NCBI GenBank assembly: GCA_012295275.1
Contig: CM022665.1
Span: forward strand, 10,602,001-10,666,000
DNA: 64,000 bases
Reading direction: 5' to 3'
Source of the DNA: Chrysomallon squamiferum
Taxonomy: Eukaryota; Animalia; Mollusca
The translations under genes and the position numbers were made by a program. Shown piece after piece: positions 27,301 to 41,148 of the stretch. Positions within the stretch are counted from its first letter, which is position 1. Each line of letters starts with the position of its first letter. Below the pieces are notes generated by a model. It saw nothing but the letters and a program-made list of their open reading frames with translations, did no database searches and was not told the origin of the DNA.

Positions 27301-29573
27301 TAGTGAAGAGGTAATTTTTTTCTTTCTTTTTTGTCACATGATTTTATGGAGGCAGACTATATTCCTTGCATGATCTTTTACTTTTCTTAAATGAAAAGGA
27401 AATAAATAAATGAAACATATTTTAATTTAAATATATATTGAAATTATTTTTTATTATTATTATTTATTTTTGTTAAATTTTATTTGCTTTTTTTTTTTTT
27501 TTCCAGTAATAATGATTTCTATACAATAATAGACCTGCCTGTAGGTGACCATCAGTACAAATATTTAGTTGATGGGCAGTGGGTTCATAATCCTGGAGAG
27601 GTATGTAATTCTAAGTTTGTTTCTTTAAAGAGTTGTTCTTGAATCTTCAAGTTAAAAGATGGTATGTGTTTTTACTTAAACAAAAGCTATTGATCTACCT
27701 TACATTCTTTGAAACTGAAGTTATATTAGTAACCAGAACTGAAAAAAAGACTGTTTTATAGCTAAATAGTGATGGATCTTCAAAAATACTCTAGAATTAA
27801 AAAAAGGAATTTAAATATACATGTATAGTGATCTTCAAGGCTTTTCCAAATATTTAAGTATTTATGATCAAACTATAATGATACAGATCAAATAATCTGG
27901 TTAAATTTAAAAAAAAAATTCATAATAATACAGAGTAGTGACTTAGATATATACTTATTTTAATAAGGTCAGATGTAATATTTTTTTATGCATTTCATAT
28001 ACATGCATTCTTTAATTCTCATCTTGAAATGAAGTCAGGTACATCTTCTTTTAATTATATTTTTCTTTATTTTTCAGCCAACAACAAGTAACAGCATGGG
28101 GACATTAAACAATGTTATAAATGTTAAAAAATCTGACTTTGAAGTGTTTGAAGCATTAGCAATTGATAGCAGAAATACAAATGCAGCTAAAAAGCACCGT
28201 AAGTCAAATTTGTCTGTAATAAAGTTATTTTTGTATTATTTTCAAAGGATCAGTCCTTTTTGGTGTACCTGGTGATTTGATATGATCAAATAGATGCTTT
28301 ATCAAAAAGCTACAGGGTTAGCATTCATCTTGGGAAGAGGATGCATTCAGTACAAATGGCTCATGGACTGGCAGCTGGGAGCGTTCAGTCCTATACTAAT
28401 GTCATTACATTAAGTGTCAATATACCATTTGTAAAAAATTATTTTCTGTCTTTTAGAAGATACACCTATATCAGGATCTCCACCTGGAGAATATGGTCAA
28501 GAAATTCCTTCCAAACCAGCAGGTACAAAACACAGTGCACCTCCGTTTTTACCTCCACAGCTTCTCCAGGTTATTTTAAACAAGGACACACCAGCACATG
28601 TAAGTAAACTGAAATTTCTCATAATTTTTTGTTTACATTATTATTATTTATGCTAATCAGAACAAACTGATCTGTTTTTAAACACGTAACATGTTTGTGG
28701 TTAATTAATAATCATCATGTGTTAAATGTAAGCTAGATGTTTCAATTGAAAAACAAAAAAAAGGTAATTGTTAACATGTGCTTCATTATGTTTTCTACAA
28801 AGTATCTTTTATTATCATTTTGTTAATTAACATTTTGCATGATTAATAAAAATTAAATAAACTGATACTGATTGTTTGAAAATGTGAGTCATATAGTGAT
28901 GATAGGGCTAACTCCCCTTTAAGTCTGTATTCGTGATTTTTTTTTATTTGACTGTTTAGTTTTTCCAAGTAATTGTTTTATTATATATAATTACTGCTAT
29001 GGAAAGATAATTAATTTTTTTTGTTTTTAATGTTTACAGTGTGAACCTTCATTATTGCCTGAACCAAATCATGTGATGTTAAACCATCTTTATGCTTTGT
29101 CGATAAAGGTAAATATTTTCACAAGTTAAACCCTGCAAAATAATAGAAGTCATAATATAAATAATTTTTAAATTAAATTTTTTTTTTTTAATTATTATTT
29201 TTATTGTATTTATTCAACACATAAAAAAAAGGCACTGTTAATTATAATTTTCTGCTCCATGTGCCATGGAAGGGCCCAGATAGTAAAGAGAATTAACTAA
29301 TTAATTAATTATAATCTATTGATAAATTCCTTTTACAACATTGTAAGTCATTCCCAGTGAACGCAATATTTTTACATTCATGTGAAGAATTGTATCTTTA
29401 AATTATTTTTTGTTTTCGTTACTTTCATTTAACAGAACCAGACTTTGTTAAAACAAAAATTTTTGTATCTATTATTATTCTTGTTTATGTTTCAGGATGG
29501 AGTAATGGTCCTTAGTGCAACTCATAGATTCAGGAAAAAATATGTGACTACATTGTTATATAAACCTATCTAG
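24383..29573 (+). CDS. PRKAB1: 5'-AMP-activated protein kinase beta subunit
   Basis: Exons 24383-24523 (1a), 27153-27310, 27507-27600, 28078-28198, 28457-28599, 29040-29108 and 29496-29573; all GT-AG and phase-consistent. Glycogen-binding module PTVFKWEGGGKEVAISGSFNGW...HQYKYLVDGQW; KSDFEVFEALAID; C-terminal PPFLPPQLLQVILN...LPEPNHVMLNHLYALSIKDGVMVLSATHRFRKKYVTTLLYKPI*. Confidence 0.96.
25008..25169 (+). CDS. PRKAB1: Alternative first coding exon 1b of AMPK beta
   Basis: ATG-initiated 54-codon exon MGNSNSGSVK...ECPEIV ending at a phase-0 donor (gtg|gtaata), the same phase as exon 1a and the exon 2 acceptor. Confidence 0.75.
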
Positions 29574-30707
29574 TTGAATTACTGTTTTTAACAAGCAAGC
29601 AAATCATCAGAAACTTGAATCAAATTAAACAGAGCAGCACTATTTATTCGTGTCATCACAGCACAGTTATCAGTTCATATGTTTGCAGAATTAATCTGAA
29701 TCTTCTGCATCAGTTGTGTAAAAGATTGGTTTACACAGCTGTGTGTTTATTAGTATAACGTAGCAACTGTTTATTCTGTTAGTAATTCAACCATGAAGCA
29801 TACTTTATATAAAACCCCAAAACAAATTGCTTAGTAAGTATTTTTGATTTAAAGCAGCAAGATGCTTCTAAGGTTTACACATTTTTAGCATGGTCTGGAC
29901 ATTTCTGTGAAGTTACATTTTTAAGTATTTAGATGAACACTGGAGGAAACAAAATATTTATCATTGGAACTGTTTATTTGTTGTTGGTGCAGTTAATTGT
30001 AGAGTAAAACTTCTTAAATTTTAAAATTCAATTTGACCAAAATATGTTATTTGCAACATTTTTCTAGACCAAGTCCAAATTGTGTAATTTTTAAAATCTC
30101 ATCTTGAATTTGGCTGAAAAATATAGAAAAAAGTTCATGCTTAAAGAATGGAAAATAAAACTACAAAGTTGTCAGATGAAAAACGAGAATACCCAAAAGA
30201 TAATAAATGTTTTTAATTTTTGTTTGTCAAAGAAAATACCAAATATTGAATTTATTTATTGTTGTTATTATTATTATTATTTTTTTTTTTTTTTTTAACA
30301 GTTTTTATTATCCAGTTATTTTTAACTGATATTGTACAATCTTACTATTATTATAATAACAGTATTTGAATAAGTATTCTGATGATTTGTTTGATATGTA
30401 TAAAGTGCATGTTGCAAATAAAATTAACAACTGTGTAAGCTTATGTGGTGTGATTGTAAGCCAATTATATATAATATTATCTTGTGTAAATATGTAAATA
30501 TTCTGTTGATTTGCATGTGTTGATTCAGAAGAAGGCTGTTTTCTGTTTTGTTTGTTAATTTCTGATGATAAAGAAATGGCTCTTTAAGACACCCTATATT
30601 TAAAAGTGTGTTCTATGTATTCTTTTTATTTGAAATTTTAAAATTCCTATTACATACAAAAAAAAAAATTAATCACATTTACATCTTCTGAAACAGTTTA
30701 AGATCTA

Positions 30708-30739
<32 letters not shown>

Positions 30740-31098
30740 TTCCCATCAAAACACTCATCCTGGCTGTTAATTAGAGTTTGTTTTAAATATTACAGCTCAT
30801 ATTAGTTTTGTAACAAAAATGTAACATCTACACATAAACCAGTCTAAGAATGAGTGGATGATATTTTTATGTTTATGTTAATTTGTTATTTGTAGCCATT
30901 AACAGGTGTTATATTTGGTGTAATAAAGAATCTATAGTCGGCTAAATGCATTAATCAGGTTTAAGATATTGCAATTTCATTTCAAGATTTCAGTTTTTGT
31001 TAGTCATTGATTTGTTAGTGGTTTCACTGGTGTGTTAAGTGACTGAAATTTTATCTACATTTAAATGTACATTTATACAGTTTCAAGAAAACAAAAAT

Positions 31099-31158
31099 TA
31101 CCAGAAAATTGGCTTCAGCAATGTCTGTTAAATACAGTTTTGTTCTTTACTGTTGATT

Positions 31159-31204
<46 letters not shown>

Positions 31205-31268
31205 ATTCAGAAAGTTACAAAATTGTGGTCATCTCCATTAACAACATTGCTGAATAAATTTTCTGGTA
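31099..31268. mobile_element. MITE-like fold-back element with ~31-bp imperfect TIRs and internal (CA)n
   Basis: taccagaaaattggcttcagcaatgtctgttaa (31099-31131) pairs with ttaacaacattgctgaataaattttctggta (31238-31268). The element is bounded by TA, as with Tc1/mariner-type insertions. Confidence 0.55.
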
Positions 31269-34200
31269 CCAGTAAAAAAAAAAAAAAATTTTTTTTTTTT
31301 TGTTAAATTAATAATTAAAACAACTTTAATGTGTAAACTATGAACATCCACATATAATGGATTTCTTTAAATTTTGTTTAAGGAAAAGGTTGATCCATAC
31401 ATAAGGAAATACTGTTCTTTGTTGTTTCCTAAATATCAGTAGAACATCAATCATATTGATTGTCTGGTTTGAGTTTCCTTTAGTGGAATGCATCATTCAG
31501 CACAAGAAAATGTGTTTCATAAGAAGCTACTACTCGAGAAAATGTGTGTATATGTAATTAAACCAAACTTAACTACCCTATTCACACTTGTAAACTGAAC
31601 TGTTTTCATTAGAAATTTGTTAAGCTTATTTGTTACGCTTATTTAAATCAGTTTAGCATTAATTCGTACACACTTCTTTAACTGACTGAGGTAGTTAAAC
31701 TATTTTGAAAGCGTGAAAAGTTAATAATTCACTTAACTTAACAATATATATTGGACTGTTGTTGTTTCATTTTCTTTTCTTTTTTTTTTTACTTTTGTTT
31801 TTCTTTTTTTCTTGAAATGGTATGCTCAAGAGTAACTTCATAAGTTAAGTATACATTTATATGTATTACGTTGTTGGTTTTTATGATTGATTAAAACTAT
31901 GTGTAGATAATATAAAGAAAAGATGAGACTGAGAGAGTACATGTGTGTGTGAGGGCTTTGGGATTAAAAGAGTTTTATCTTATACAGACTTTGTAGTTGT
32001 GACTGTGATTTGTAAATACGGCATATGCTGCTTTGATTATAATAAATATGTAAACTTTATAGTAACCAATACATATGATGTTTTGTTTAATGTTATGGAA
32101 ATCGTTTACTGTTTGAATCAATTCTTGATAAAGAATGATGTATACTGTGTTCTTTGTTTTCAGAAGAGATCAATAATGAAAGTAATTTGCAAGATCTTGT
32201 AACTTCATTAGGATTTGTTTGACTGGAAAACAGAACAAATATGTTAATATATATTATATTATTGTAACTGTTCAGTTTGATATTAAAACACATTAAGCTG
32301 ATACAGTTTAAGAATGAACTTGTATACTTTTGTCTTTTTGTACCTGACACTTTTCCCGGGTTTCTTTTTCAAGAAACATGAACTTATAGTTAAAACATAT
32401 AGCAGAAATATATCTGGGAAATGTTAAGTACAAACATGGTTCTGATAATTATTATTATTTTATTTATTTATAAATTATTTAAAGAGAAAGAAAAAAGCTT
32501 TATTTGATTAAAATTGATGGCATGTAAAGTTCATTTAATAAATACATAAAATAATGTATTTTTGTGATTGGAATTGCAAACAGAAAGATATAAAAACTAT
32601 ATTTCAGTGTTAATAGGAACATATTTCAAGAAATTATTTCATCAGTTTCTTGAAATCACCTGTAGCAAGTAATAAACCCTGTGCAGACATTTTGACTTAT
32701 TTTGAAGCATTTTCAGTGAAACACTATCACAGAAACAAAACAGTGTGGCCTAATTTACATGTTTTCTTACAGAGGTTATTATTGTGAGGAGTAAACAAAA
32801 ACATTCATGGAAATCTACAAAACATATTTATAGCATTATATTTTTAAAGCTTTCTTGTTAAACATGTGAAAATCATGTCAAAATTACTATTTTTTACTTT
32901 TTCACATGAAAGTAGTAAATTTAAACATTTTTTTACTGAAATGTACTTAGTTTTACTTGAGAGACATGATGTCACTTTTATAAATTTTAATTGATGTTTT
33001 GTTTATCCGTGAATAAATATGTTAAAGTCTTTGGTTTCCCTGCTACAAAAAGTATTAAAAATTAATGATAAAGAAATTACACATTATGCTAGAAAATGGC
33101 TAAATTAGTAAGGAAATATACATGTTAATAACACTGTACAGTGACATGAAATGTCTGATGATTTTATTTAAAACTGATCTAAACTGTCTATTAATTATTC
33201 ATAAATGCAAAGTTTTAAAATTAATGTTTTTGAAAATATTTTTTAAATTGTGTGTTAATGAAAATACAAACACTACTGGTCATAAAATATAAGATGATGT
33301 ATTATTAGTTTTGTTTTAGTGTTTAAATGTGTAATTTATTTGTTTAGTTATGTGTTAAAGATGTGCCTCATAAAAAATGACGGTGTTCTTTTTTAATTAT
33401 ATTTTTTCAAGCTTATAAAACTACAAGACTGTCAAAAACAAACAGTTGATTTTTTTTATTTTTATTTTTTTTAATTTTTTGTTGCAGATAATTTTCATTC
33501 TTTCTCATTTTATTCATAATAAAAAAATGTTATACTTGGACCATTTTAATTCTTGTAATGTTAAATTTTGACTTCACTAACAGTTTATCATAAATAAATA
33601 AGCATTATCAATTGAGAAAAAAATCTACTTTTCTCTGTGTAAATTATAAATATTTATATAATACAATTGTGCAGAAATCAAAACATCAGAAATAAAAGAT
33701 CTTGATAATACATTAAAATAATAAAAGAAATGTAAAATCAGTTTTAATCAGAATCATTCTGTGTTTTTTATAAGGATTATAAATTTGTTTTTAAGTTTCA
33801 ATATTTATTTTGAAATTTTTTATTTTTACATACATGAATGCAGAATATTTTCGCATAATTGTGTTACTTGTAAAATTGTTAGTTACGGCACTTAACTGTT
33901 GAAATATCTTTATTACTTGAATGGAGGGATACAGGTGGGTAACAGAGATAGCCATTGTATTTTTAATAAAGAAAATATTGCGTGATCAAGACAGGTCATT
34001 TATATTAAGCAAGATATACATTAAATAACATTAATAAAATTCATTTATAGCAATAATAACAAATTTCTTAAATACATTTTGTACTTTAGCAAGTACATAT
34101 TTTGGACAAGATGCCAAACTTTGCTCCATCATGAAATATAAAAATAATACAAGAAGCCCTTAAAGGTATTATAAGGCAGTAATTTTTCCGTATTTCATGG

Positions 34201-35039
34201 GAAGTTTAATAGTTTGGAGTTGATGGTGTAAAGGGTAGTTTTTTTTATTTATTTGTTACAACATTGTGTTGTAAAATAAGGGAAAATTAGATCCTTCATT
34301 TCAGACATGTTTTACTGTCACACTTCACTATTAATAAAGGTTGATTTGGAGAATAACAAACAATAGTATAATATGCATTTAAGATATCTGATCTGATCCT
34401 ACAAGTTTGTTCATATATTGGAATGAAGCTTTACTGCCTTCAGGGTGAATTTGTCATTTATATTACAAAATGTTTTAAATAGTTTCATTCACCAACAAAA
34501 ACCCCACAAACATTTGTGGATAATGTGAAAATCGAATGAGTAGTGAACATCTGTCATCATTGTATGAACAGAACTCGGTAAGTTAATTGAAATGGATATC
34601 TTTTCCAGAAATAAAATATTTTCTTTATTATTATTATGTTGCAAGACTGAAAACAGTTGTTTTATTTATTTATTTTCAATTTTTTGTCTAAGCAAATTTC
34701 GTGGTCTCGTTTAATTTTTGTTAGTTTATTTTTATTACAGCTTATATTCTTATAGCAGCATATAAAATAAAAATAATAAAAATTTCAGAAGCAGTTACAA
34801 GTTATTTGAATGTTACAATTTGAAATGTAATTATCAAAGCTGTGAATAAAATGAATTCTAACCCAGTATTCTTATGCTGCTAGTTTCTATCATCATACCT
34901 TAGATTAATTCAGAAGCATGGCTGACCATGCTTTCATTTCACATACTAATAACTGATCAATAATATTACAGTAACAAATACACCTAAGAACAAGAAAAGA
35001 TCATTATAATTTTTTTTTTTTTTTTTTATGGAATAAATT

Positions 35040-38000
35040 TTAATGCAGATTTATAAAAGGCACACATTTTTTTTTATCAATTAGAGTTTTAATTTCTTGC
35101 ATCAACTCTGGATCACGTATAGAACACCATGCATAGTCTGTAGTCACTGCATCCATTGAGCTGTCACTTTTTGATGTCACAGTTAGCAGTATTGTCAGAC
35201 ACATTCCATCATGTTTTCCTGAAGGAATACCATAGTGTTCTATAGACAACATGCCACAAGTATCAGGTTTGCAGTCTGACAGGCTTATTTGTGAAAAGGC
35301 ATACTGAAAATAATAAAAATAAATAAATACTACATGATACAGAAGCACAAAAGTACAACAGCTTGAAATAAGAATTGGCTGTTTATAACGTAATCTTTAA
35401 CTATTATTATTGCAGTGTGCAACTGCACCATGCTGCTACATAAGAGAGTTGAGAAACATCAAAGGCAGTGTTATGAATATTCAAAGTCAGTTATAATTGA
35501 TCAAACATAAACTGCTGCAGGCAGCAGTTGATAAAGATGTATTCTTTTAAGATTATGAATATTAGTATTAGCAGTGACAAGAAATAAAAAATTGAGTTAA
35601 AAGTAGCATCACAATAATGGCTTTCAATAAAATAAAATATATTCTTAATGTAAGTTTTTATGCAAAATGCAACTGTTCTCAATTAACTCAGTTCTAAACC
35701 ATAGTCTTCATTGTGCATGAAACAACACAGAAAATAATCAAAATCACAACTTGTTTTTGATTTTCAAAAGAACAAAATCCTTTTCTATATTATCATTAAT
35801 TACTAACATGGAAATTCTCATGAAATAAAAATGAAATTTTCTTCAAAGGTATTTGTACTTCCCTAAGACAGTTATAATCTAGATATATAACGATTACTTG
35901 TCTGTAAAGTCCCATGAGTGGCAATTATACACAAGTTTGGCTATACATCTATTTACAAAAACAAATTTGTTTAAATAGATATTAATTTTGTAACCATTAA
36001 TTTTTGTTGAATCTTCTCTACTGTAGAAAGATTTTCAATAAGTAATTATTATTTTGTGCAGATGTTGTTAAACAATTATTCAATCAATTTAATAATTAAT
36101 TTCTGTTTCAGGAATAGGCTACATTTTAAAAAATATATTAATAACTTTTCAGTTGTCTGGAAGCAAATGTTACCTTAAATATACGAAAAACACAAACATT
36201 TGCAGAAACATCCCGTGCTGATATGATGACACTTGGAAAATGTACTCCTCCATTTGTATTCATTAAGATATTCAGGTTTCTGAAAAAGATAAATAAATAG
36301 CTATCTCCAATAATTAATTGTACTTAATACACTTTGTTTTAAATATTTAAATAAATTGAACATCTGATATAAGAGACCTCTAATGTTTCAAAAGCAAATG
36401 CCAAATGGAAATGAAATAAATATTTTGGTAATATTTTATAAATTATTTCTTTTATGTGAAATTAAATAAAGACTGTGTTGTATGAAAAACCAATTATCAA
36501 TGTAATAAGGAACATTACCCACTGGTGCTGGTTTTAACTATGACACATCTTAATATCATTTGATTGTGTGGCTGTATAACTGGCATTATGTCAAATGGTT
36601 GTTGATCTGACATTTCCTGTCTGTGACATTTGCCCATCTCTATTAAACGAATAATATCTCCAGCACTAAAAGGAAAAAAAATGATTTAAAAAATAATAAA
36701 ATAAAAATAAAATAATCCATGATGTACAGCTATTAACTTACTAAGTGAAATATATTATCTGAAACACAAAATAAACTCATGATTTGAAAGTATATAATTC
36801 AATACACTGCTGCCTTGTATTGTGTTGGCTATCTAATTTGTATAATACTATCAGTTAAAATATTTTAAAAAGAAAAAAGGAACAAAATGCCAACACATAT
36901 TTATGGAGTTATAATCACTTTTATAACATTAAAATTATTTTTAAAAATTCATACTAATGCACTGACAGGAAAAACAACATATTCACCGAAGTGGTATGTT
37001 TCTTTGTTTAATCTCATCAAACTTGATCCATTTTGCTTGCAGTGATTCTGCATCTGCATCTTTTTCAGTTTTCAATCTGCCACCTGTCAAAGATATTATG
37101 TTGTGAAAATGAAAATCTATATGGAGTCAGTATAAAAGTCACCTTTATGTGAAATTGGCTTCAAATTGGAATGATCAACTAAAGATTATCATGCAGAATA
37201 GTTTTATTAATATGTAAGAGCCGATTTATTTTTGGGCTACGGTGTTGTTAAATGTTCATTATTTATTCTGTTCAGTTTCTCATTTATAAAAACTCTTGTG
37301 GTTAATTCTGAGAGGACAAATGATGTTGATAATTTTTCATGAAAAATATGAGGTTCTAACTGTTGTTGTTGTTATTATTTGGTCCTTGCTTTATTAACAA
37401 AGATTGGCATCTAGTGAAAAAACAATAAAAATAACAAAGTTGACAGTATACAAAATATGTCAGTACCATTTTATCTGCTCACCAGTAACTTGTCCAGTAA
37501 ATGTGAGTCTGTACCAGTGTCCTCCTCCAAACTCAAATGAGAGCAGAGTTGTTGGTTCAAACTCCAGTCCTGTCTCTTCTTGTACCTCTCTCATAACAGC
37601 TTCCTATAGCACAGAAATCAATTTTCAGTATTTGTGACTTTAATAATCATAAAATTAATAGGAGAAAGAAAGAAAGACTGAGAAGGAATGATAATGTGTG
37701 ACATATAGAAAGTATCTTAGAATTGTGGTCTAGTAAATAAGAATTCAAATTTCACAGTGTTAGTGTGTTTAACATAATTATAGTCTGAGTATTAATTTGG
37801 AAATGTGTGACAAGTTAAAATCTAATTATACTGTAAAATTTCTTATATAATTATTTTACTGGTAAGCAGAATATTTGAAACTTTCAACTTTTATTAATCA
37901 AAATAAAGGAATTTGTTATATTCATTCTGTCCACAGACACTGAATTAAAGTGCTTCCTGTTCTGCAGAACAGCAATTATGAATGTATTCCATGTGTAGAC

Positions 38001-38977
38001 ATATAAATACCAAAAAAGGAACTATACACCTTGTTTGGCAAATGTTTTATATAAAAAAAATTAAATTTAAAAAAAAAAACCAGCATATATCAAGAATACC
38101 ATTTACCCTTCTGTCTTTAAAGACAACCACCACTTACTATAATTAAAATTAAAAAGAAAAATTAAGATTAAAGAAAATAAAAGTTCAATTTAGAAAACTC
38201 CAGATATATCTACTTTGAAGTTTTCTCCTGGTTCTACTCGACCAGCTGGTAAATACCATTCTCCATAGCATGATTTCTTTGCTTCCTGCATCATCAGAAC
38301 TTGATCCTTTTCATTGAACAGCACACCAGCAACAATATAGCAAATATTAAATTTTGTTCTTGGTACTATAGACTCTAAAAATAAAAATATAATTCATAAA
38401 GAGTTGTAAAGAATTTGCTTCCTTACAAACTAATAAAAAATGTATTCTGAAACAATTAACACAGCTGACTTTTGCTGCTGTTTAAAGAACTGTAAAATTA
38501 TATGGGGGGGAAAAAATACTGTTCTCTGCAAGAAAAGAATAAAAATAATATCAATATTAATATTTTAATTTTATCCTGACAAAATCTACCTGCAGTTATC
38601 TTGTTACTAAGCGTATTAGTTAATTAATTCAAATTGATATGATTGACAAATCTTTTTAACTATAAAATAGTTAAAGTGCAAGAAAAATACTGCACTTTAA
38701 CATTCTTTTTTCTTTACATTCTGTTTTCATTAGTTACTAAATTTGTTCATCAGTGTACACAAATTTAGTTTTGAACTCTGGCTTTTTTACTGCCTTTCCA
38801 ACAAGAAAGGGTAATCAAGGAAACAGTTCTATAGTAGTAAATGAGAATATATATTTGTATGTATGTATGCTTCAAACCTGTCTGCTCATTGAAGGCATCA
38901 ATTTTAAGAACAGGCACAGGCTGTTTGCTTATTAGCATCTTAATGGCAGCTTCAAAATCTGTATTTCTTGATTCCAT
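35040..38977 (-). CDS. NUDT18: 8-oxo-dGDP phosphatase NUDT18-like, copy A (331 aa, intact Nudix box)
   Basis: Exons 38977-38878, 38374-38214, 37603-37483, 37083-36987, 36665-36519, 36279-36174 and 35303-35040; phase-consistent. Motifs [26 protein letters not shown], Nudix box [33 protein letters not shown] and HDGMCLT are typical of NUDT18. Confidence 0.92.
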
Positions 38978-40456
38978 TGTAATTTTCTTTTTTGTCCCTA
39001 CAAGAAAAAATAGTATTGAAATTAAATTCAATTTATTCACTTGAAAATATGTAATAATAGACATATATTATCAGTCATTTCCACAAATATATTTTAAATT
39101 TTTTTTTGAAACACCAGCATAAATGCATGTGTATTTTAGGATATCATACCAAATATATGCTTTTAGCGTGGGGCATATGGAAGATAATTATAAAGTAAAA
39201 AATTTAAAATTTATGCACTGATAAAAACAAAAATCTTCATCTACTGTTAAAATGTTTTCAAATAAATGTTCATAAACTAAAACGTATCTACTATCTAGTT
39301 GCAACGATTTTATTTTTTTACCAATTTAATTAACTAATTTAGTTCGCATGGCTATTATTCTGCGAAATAAATAAACGTTTATCATTTAAAACAAATAACA
39401 TAATTTCCCAGAAAAATACTGATCACCAATTTGAAAATAACAGATTTTAAAAGCATCAGTTATTTTTCATTACACCAAGTGCTTGTGCGTGTATTGAAAG
39501 AGAATGAAATTCAGATAAACATACTTTTGATTTAGATTTGGTTAGGTAAATTAATTAAAACTGATTTTGAACAATCGTGGTGTAATAATAATAATAATAA
39601 AAATAACAATAACAATAACAACAAAATAACAATAATAATAATGACCAATTGAATATGTTATTAATCCATCGTAACCATGACTACGAATTTCTATTTTATT
39701 ACTGTTCGGAAGTTTCTTCAAGCTTATTTTTAACAGACGAAAATAAAAACCAGACGAGAACTTTGATTTGACAGAACAATAAAATTCGGGTATTAATTTA
39801 ACGAAATTGGGAATATTTAAATTTTATGACTACCAGTGATAGTGAGAATCATTTCTATCATTTTGATACTGATTATAAAGTGAAATCATTGTGTTTGTTA
39901 ATTACATAGCTTCACTAGCTTGACGTTATTTAATTATTATTTAAGCACATCACTCTTAGTTCGGAACATTTCTCGAGTTCAATGTTAAATAACGAGTTGT
40001 CAAAACAAAATGAGCAGAAATCCGTATGCACAGACAGGCACCAGTATAGTAATTTTAGACCTGTCGGTTTGTGGGGATGAATTTAAGTCAGTTTTAATTA
40101 CTTTTAGGGTACATAAATTCAGAAAATTACCACAGCTTCTAGCATATACATTTTAGTAAAATTTACTAAATTTATAAAATTAGTTTAAACGAGTGTTTAA
40201 ATCATAATCATAAAAAGACAGTATACTTTCATACTGCTGTCAGTGATGATAAAGATGATTAACAAGTATTTATTTATTTCACTGTTATTAGCATTATTAA
40301 ATTCATTCAAAATCACTTTGAATAGTTTGGAGGGGGATAATGTTTTCGGTTATTTTTTGGGGTGGTTGTGAGGTTTATTTTTGGTTTTGGTTCATTTAAT
40401 AGTACAGAAAACTTAATTATACCGCAGTTTCATGTCAGTGGGGTAACTAGGTTATC

Positions 40457-40500
40457 ATGTATACTCAACACAAAAAAGATTTACTGGGCCAAGAAAAAAG
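40457..40500 (+). pseudogene. Orphan duplicated first exon of the DUF4062-NTPase gene
   Basis: atgtatactcaacacaaaaaagatttactgggccaagaaaaaag|gtaaaa is a 44-nt copy of the 45-nt exon at 46515-46559. No downstream exons were duplicated with it. Confidence 0.65.
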
Positions 40501-41148
40501 GTAAAACAACATATATGTAGATATGTAAGATATTACCAATTATATTTCTAAAGTGTATTTTTTATAACTATTTACGTTTTTATATTTATTTATAAAAATG
40601 TATTATTTCTTCATGTGTGTGCCTGTAAATAAAAACATTAATTAATTTATTTTTAAGTGCATTATTTATTAACAAACTGTCTTATTATATTGTTATAATA
40701 TTTAAGTAATGTTATAAAATAAGGAAAAATGGCAGTCTTCATCACTGCACTCATTTTATTTGTTATTATAGGTTATAAAACAAGAACTGAAGACATTTGA
40801 TCCTCTAACAGCTGCTTGTGTATTGGAATGAAGCCTTCTCATTGCTTTTAATGTTAATTTGTAAAAATTTAAAAGCTTCGCAACATCATGGTTTTATGAA
40901 TGTATCAAGGCGTGAATAAAATGCATTTTAAATCTAACTCAGTATCCTGAATTAATGATTGAATGTTCTAACCCAGTATTCCTTGCTAGTTCTTATTAGC
41001 AGTCACCAAACCTTAATCAGGTTAATTTACAAACATGGTAGTTATGTATCATTCCTTACCATGCTTTCATTTTACATACTAATAACTGATCAATAATGTA
41101 ACAGTAATAAAAACGGCTAAGAAGAAAAAAAAGCTCATTTTGATATTT

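Noticed and set aside
28250-28420. GC-richer stretch in AMPK beta intron 4 (possible snoRNA or alternative exon)
   Set aside because: No convincing C/D or H/ACA box pairing and no phase-compatible open exon.
39955-39985. gttcggaacatttctcgagttc conserved in both promoter copies, resembling a heat-shock element
   Set aside because: Spacing does not fit contiguous nGAAn inverted repeats; kept only as a conserved promoter block.
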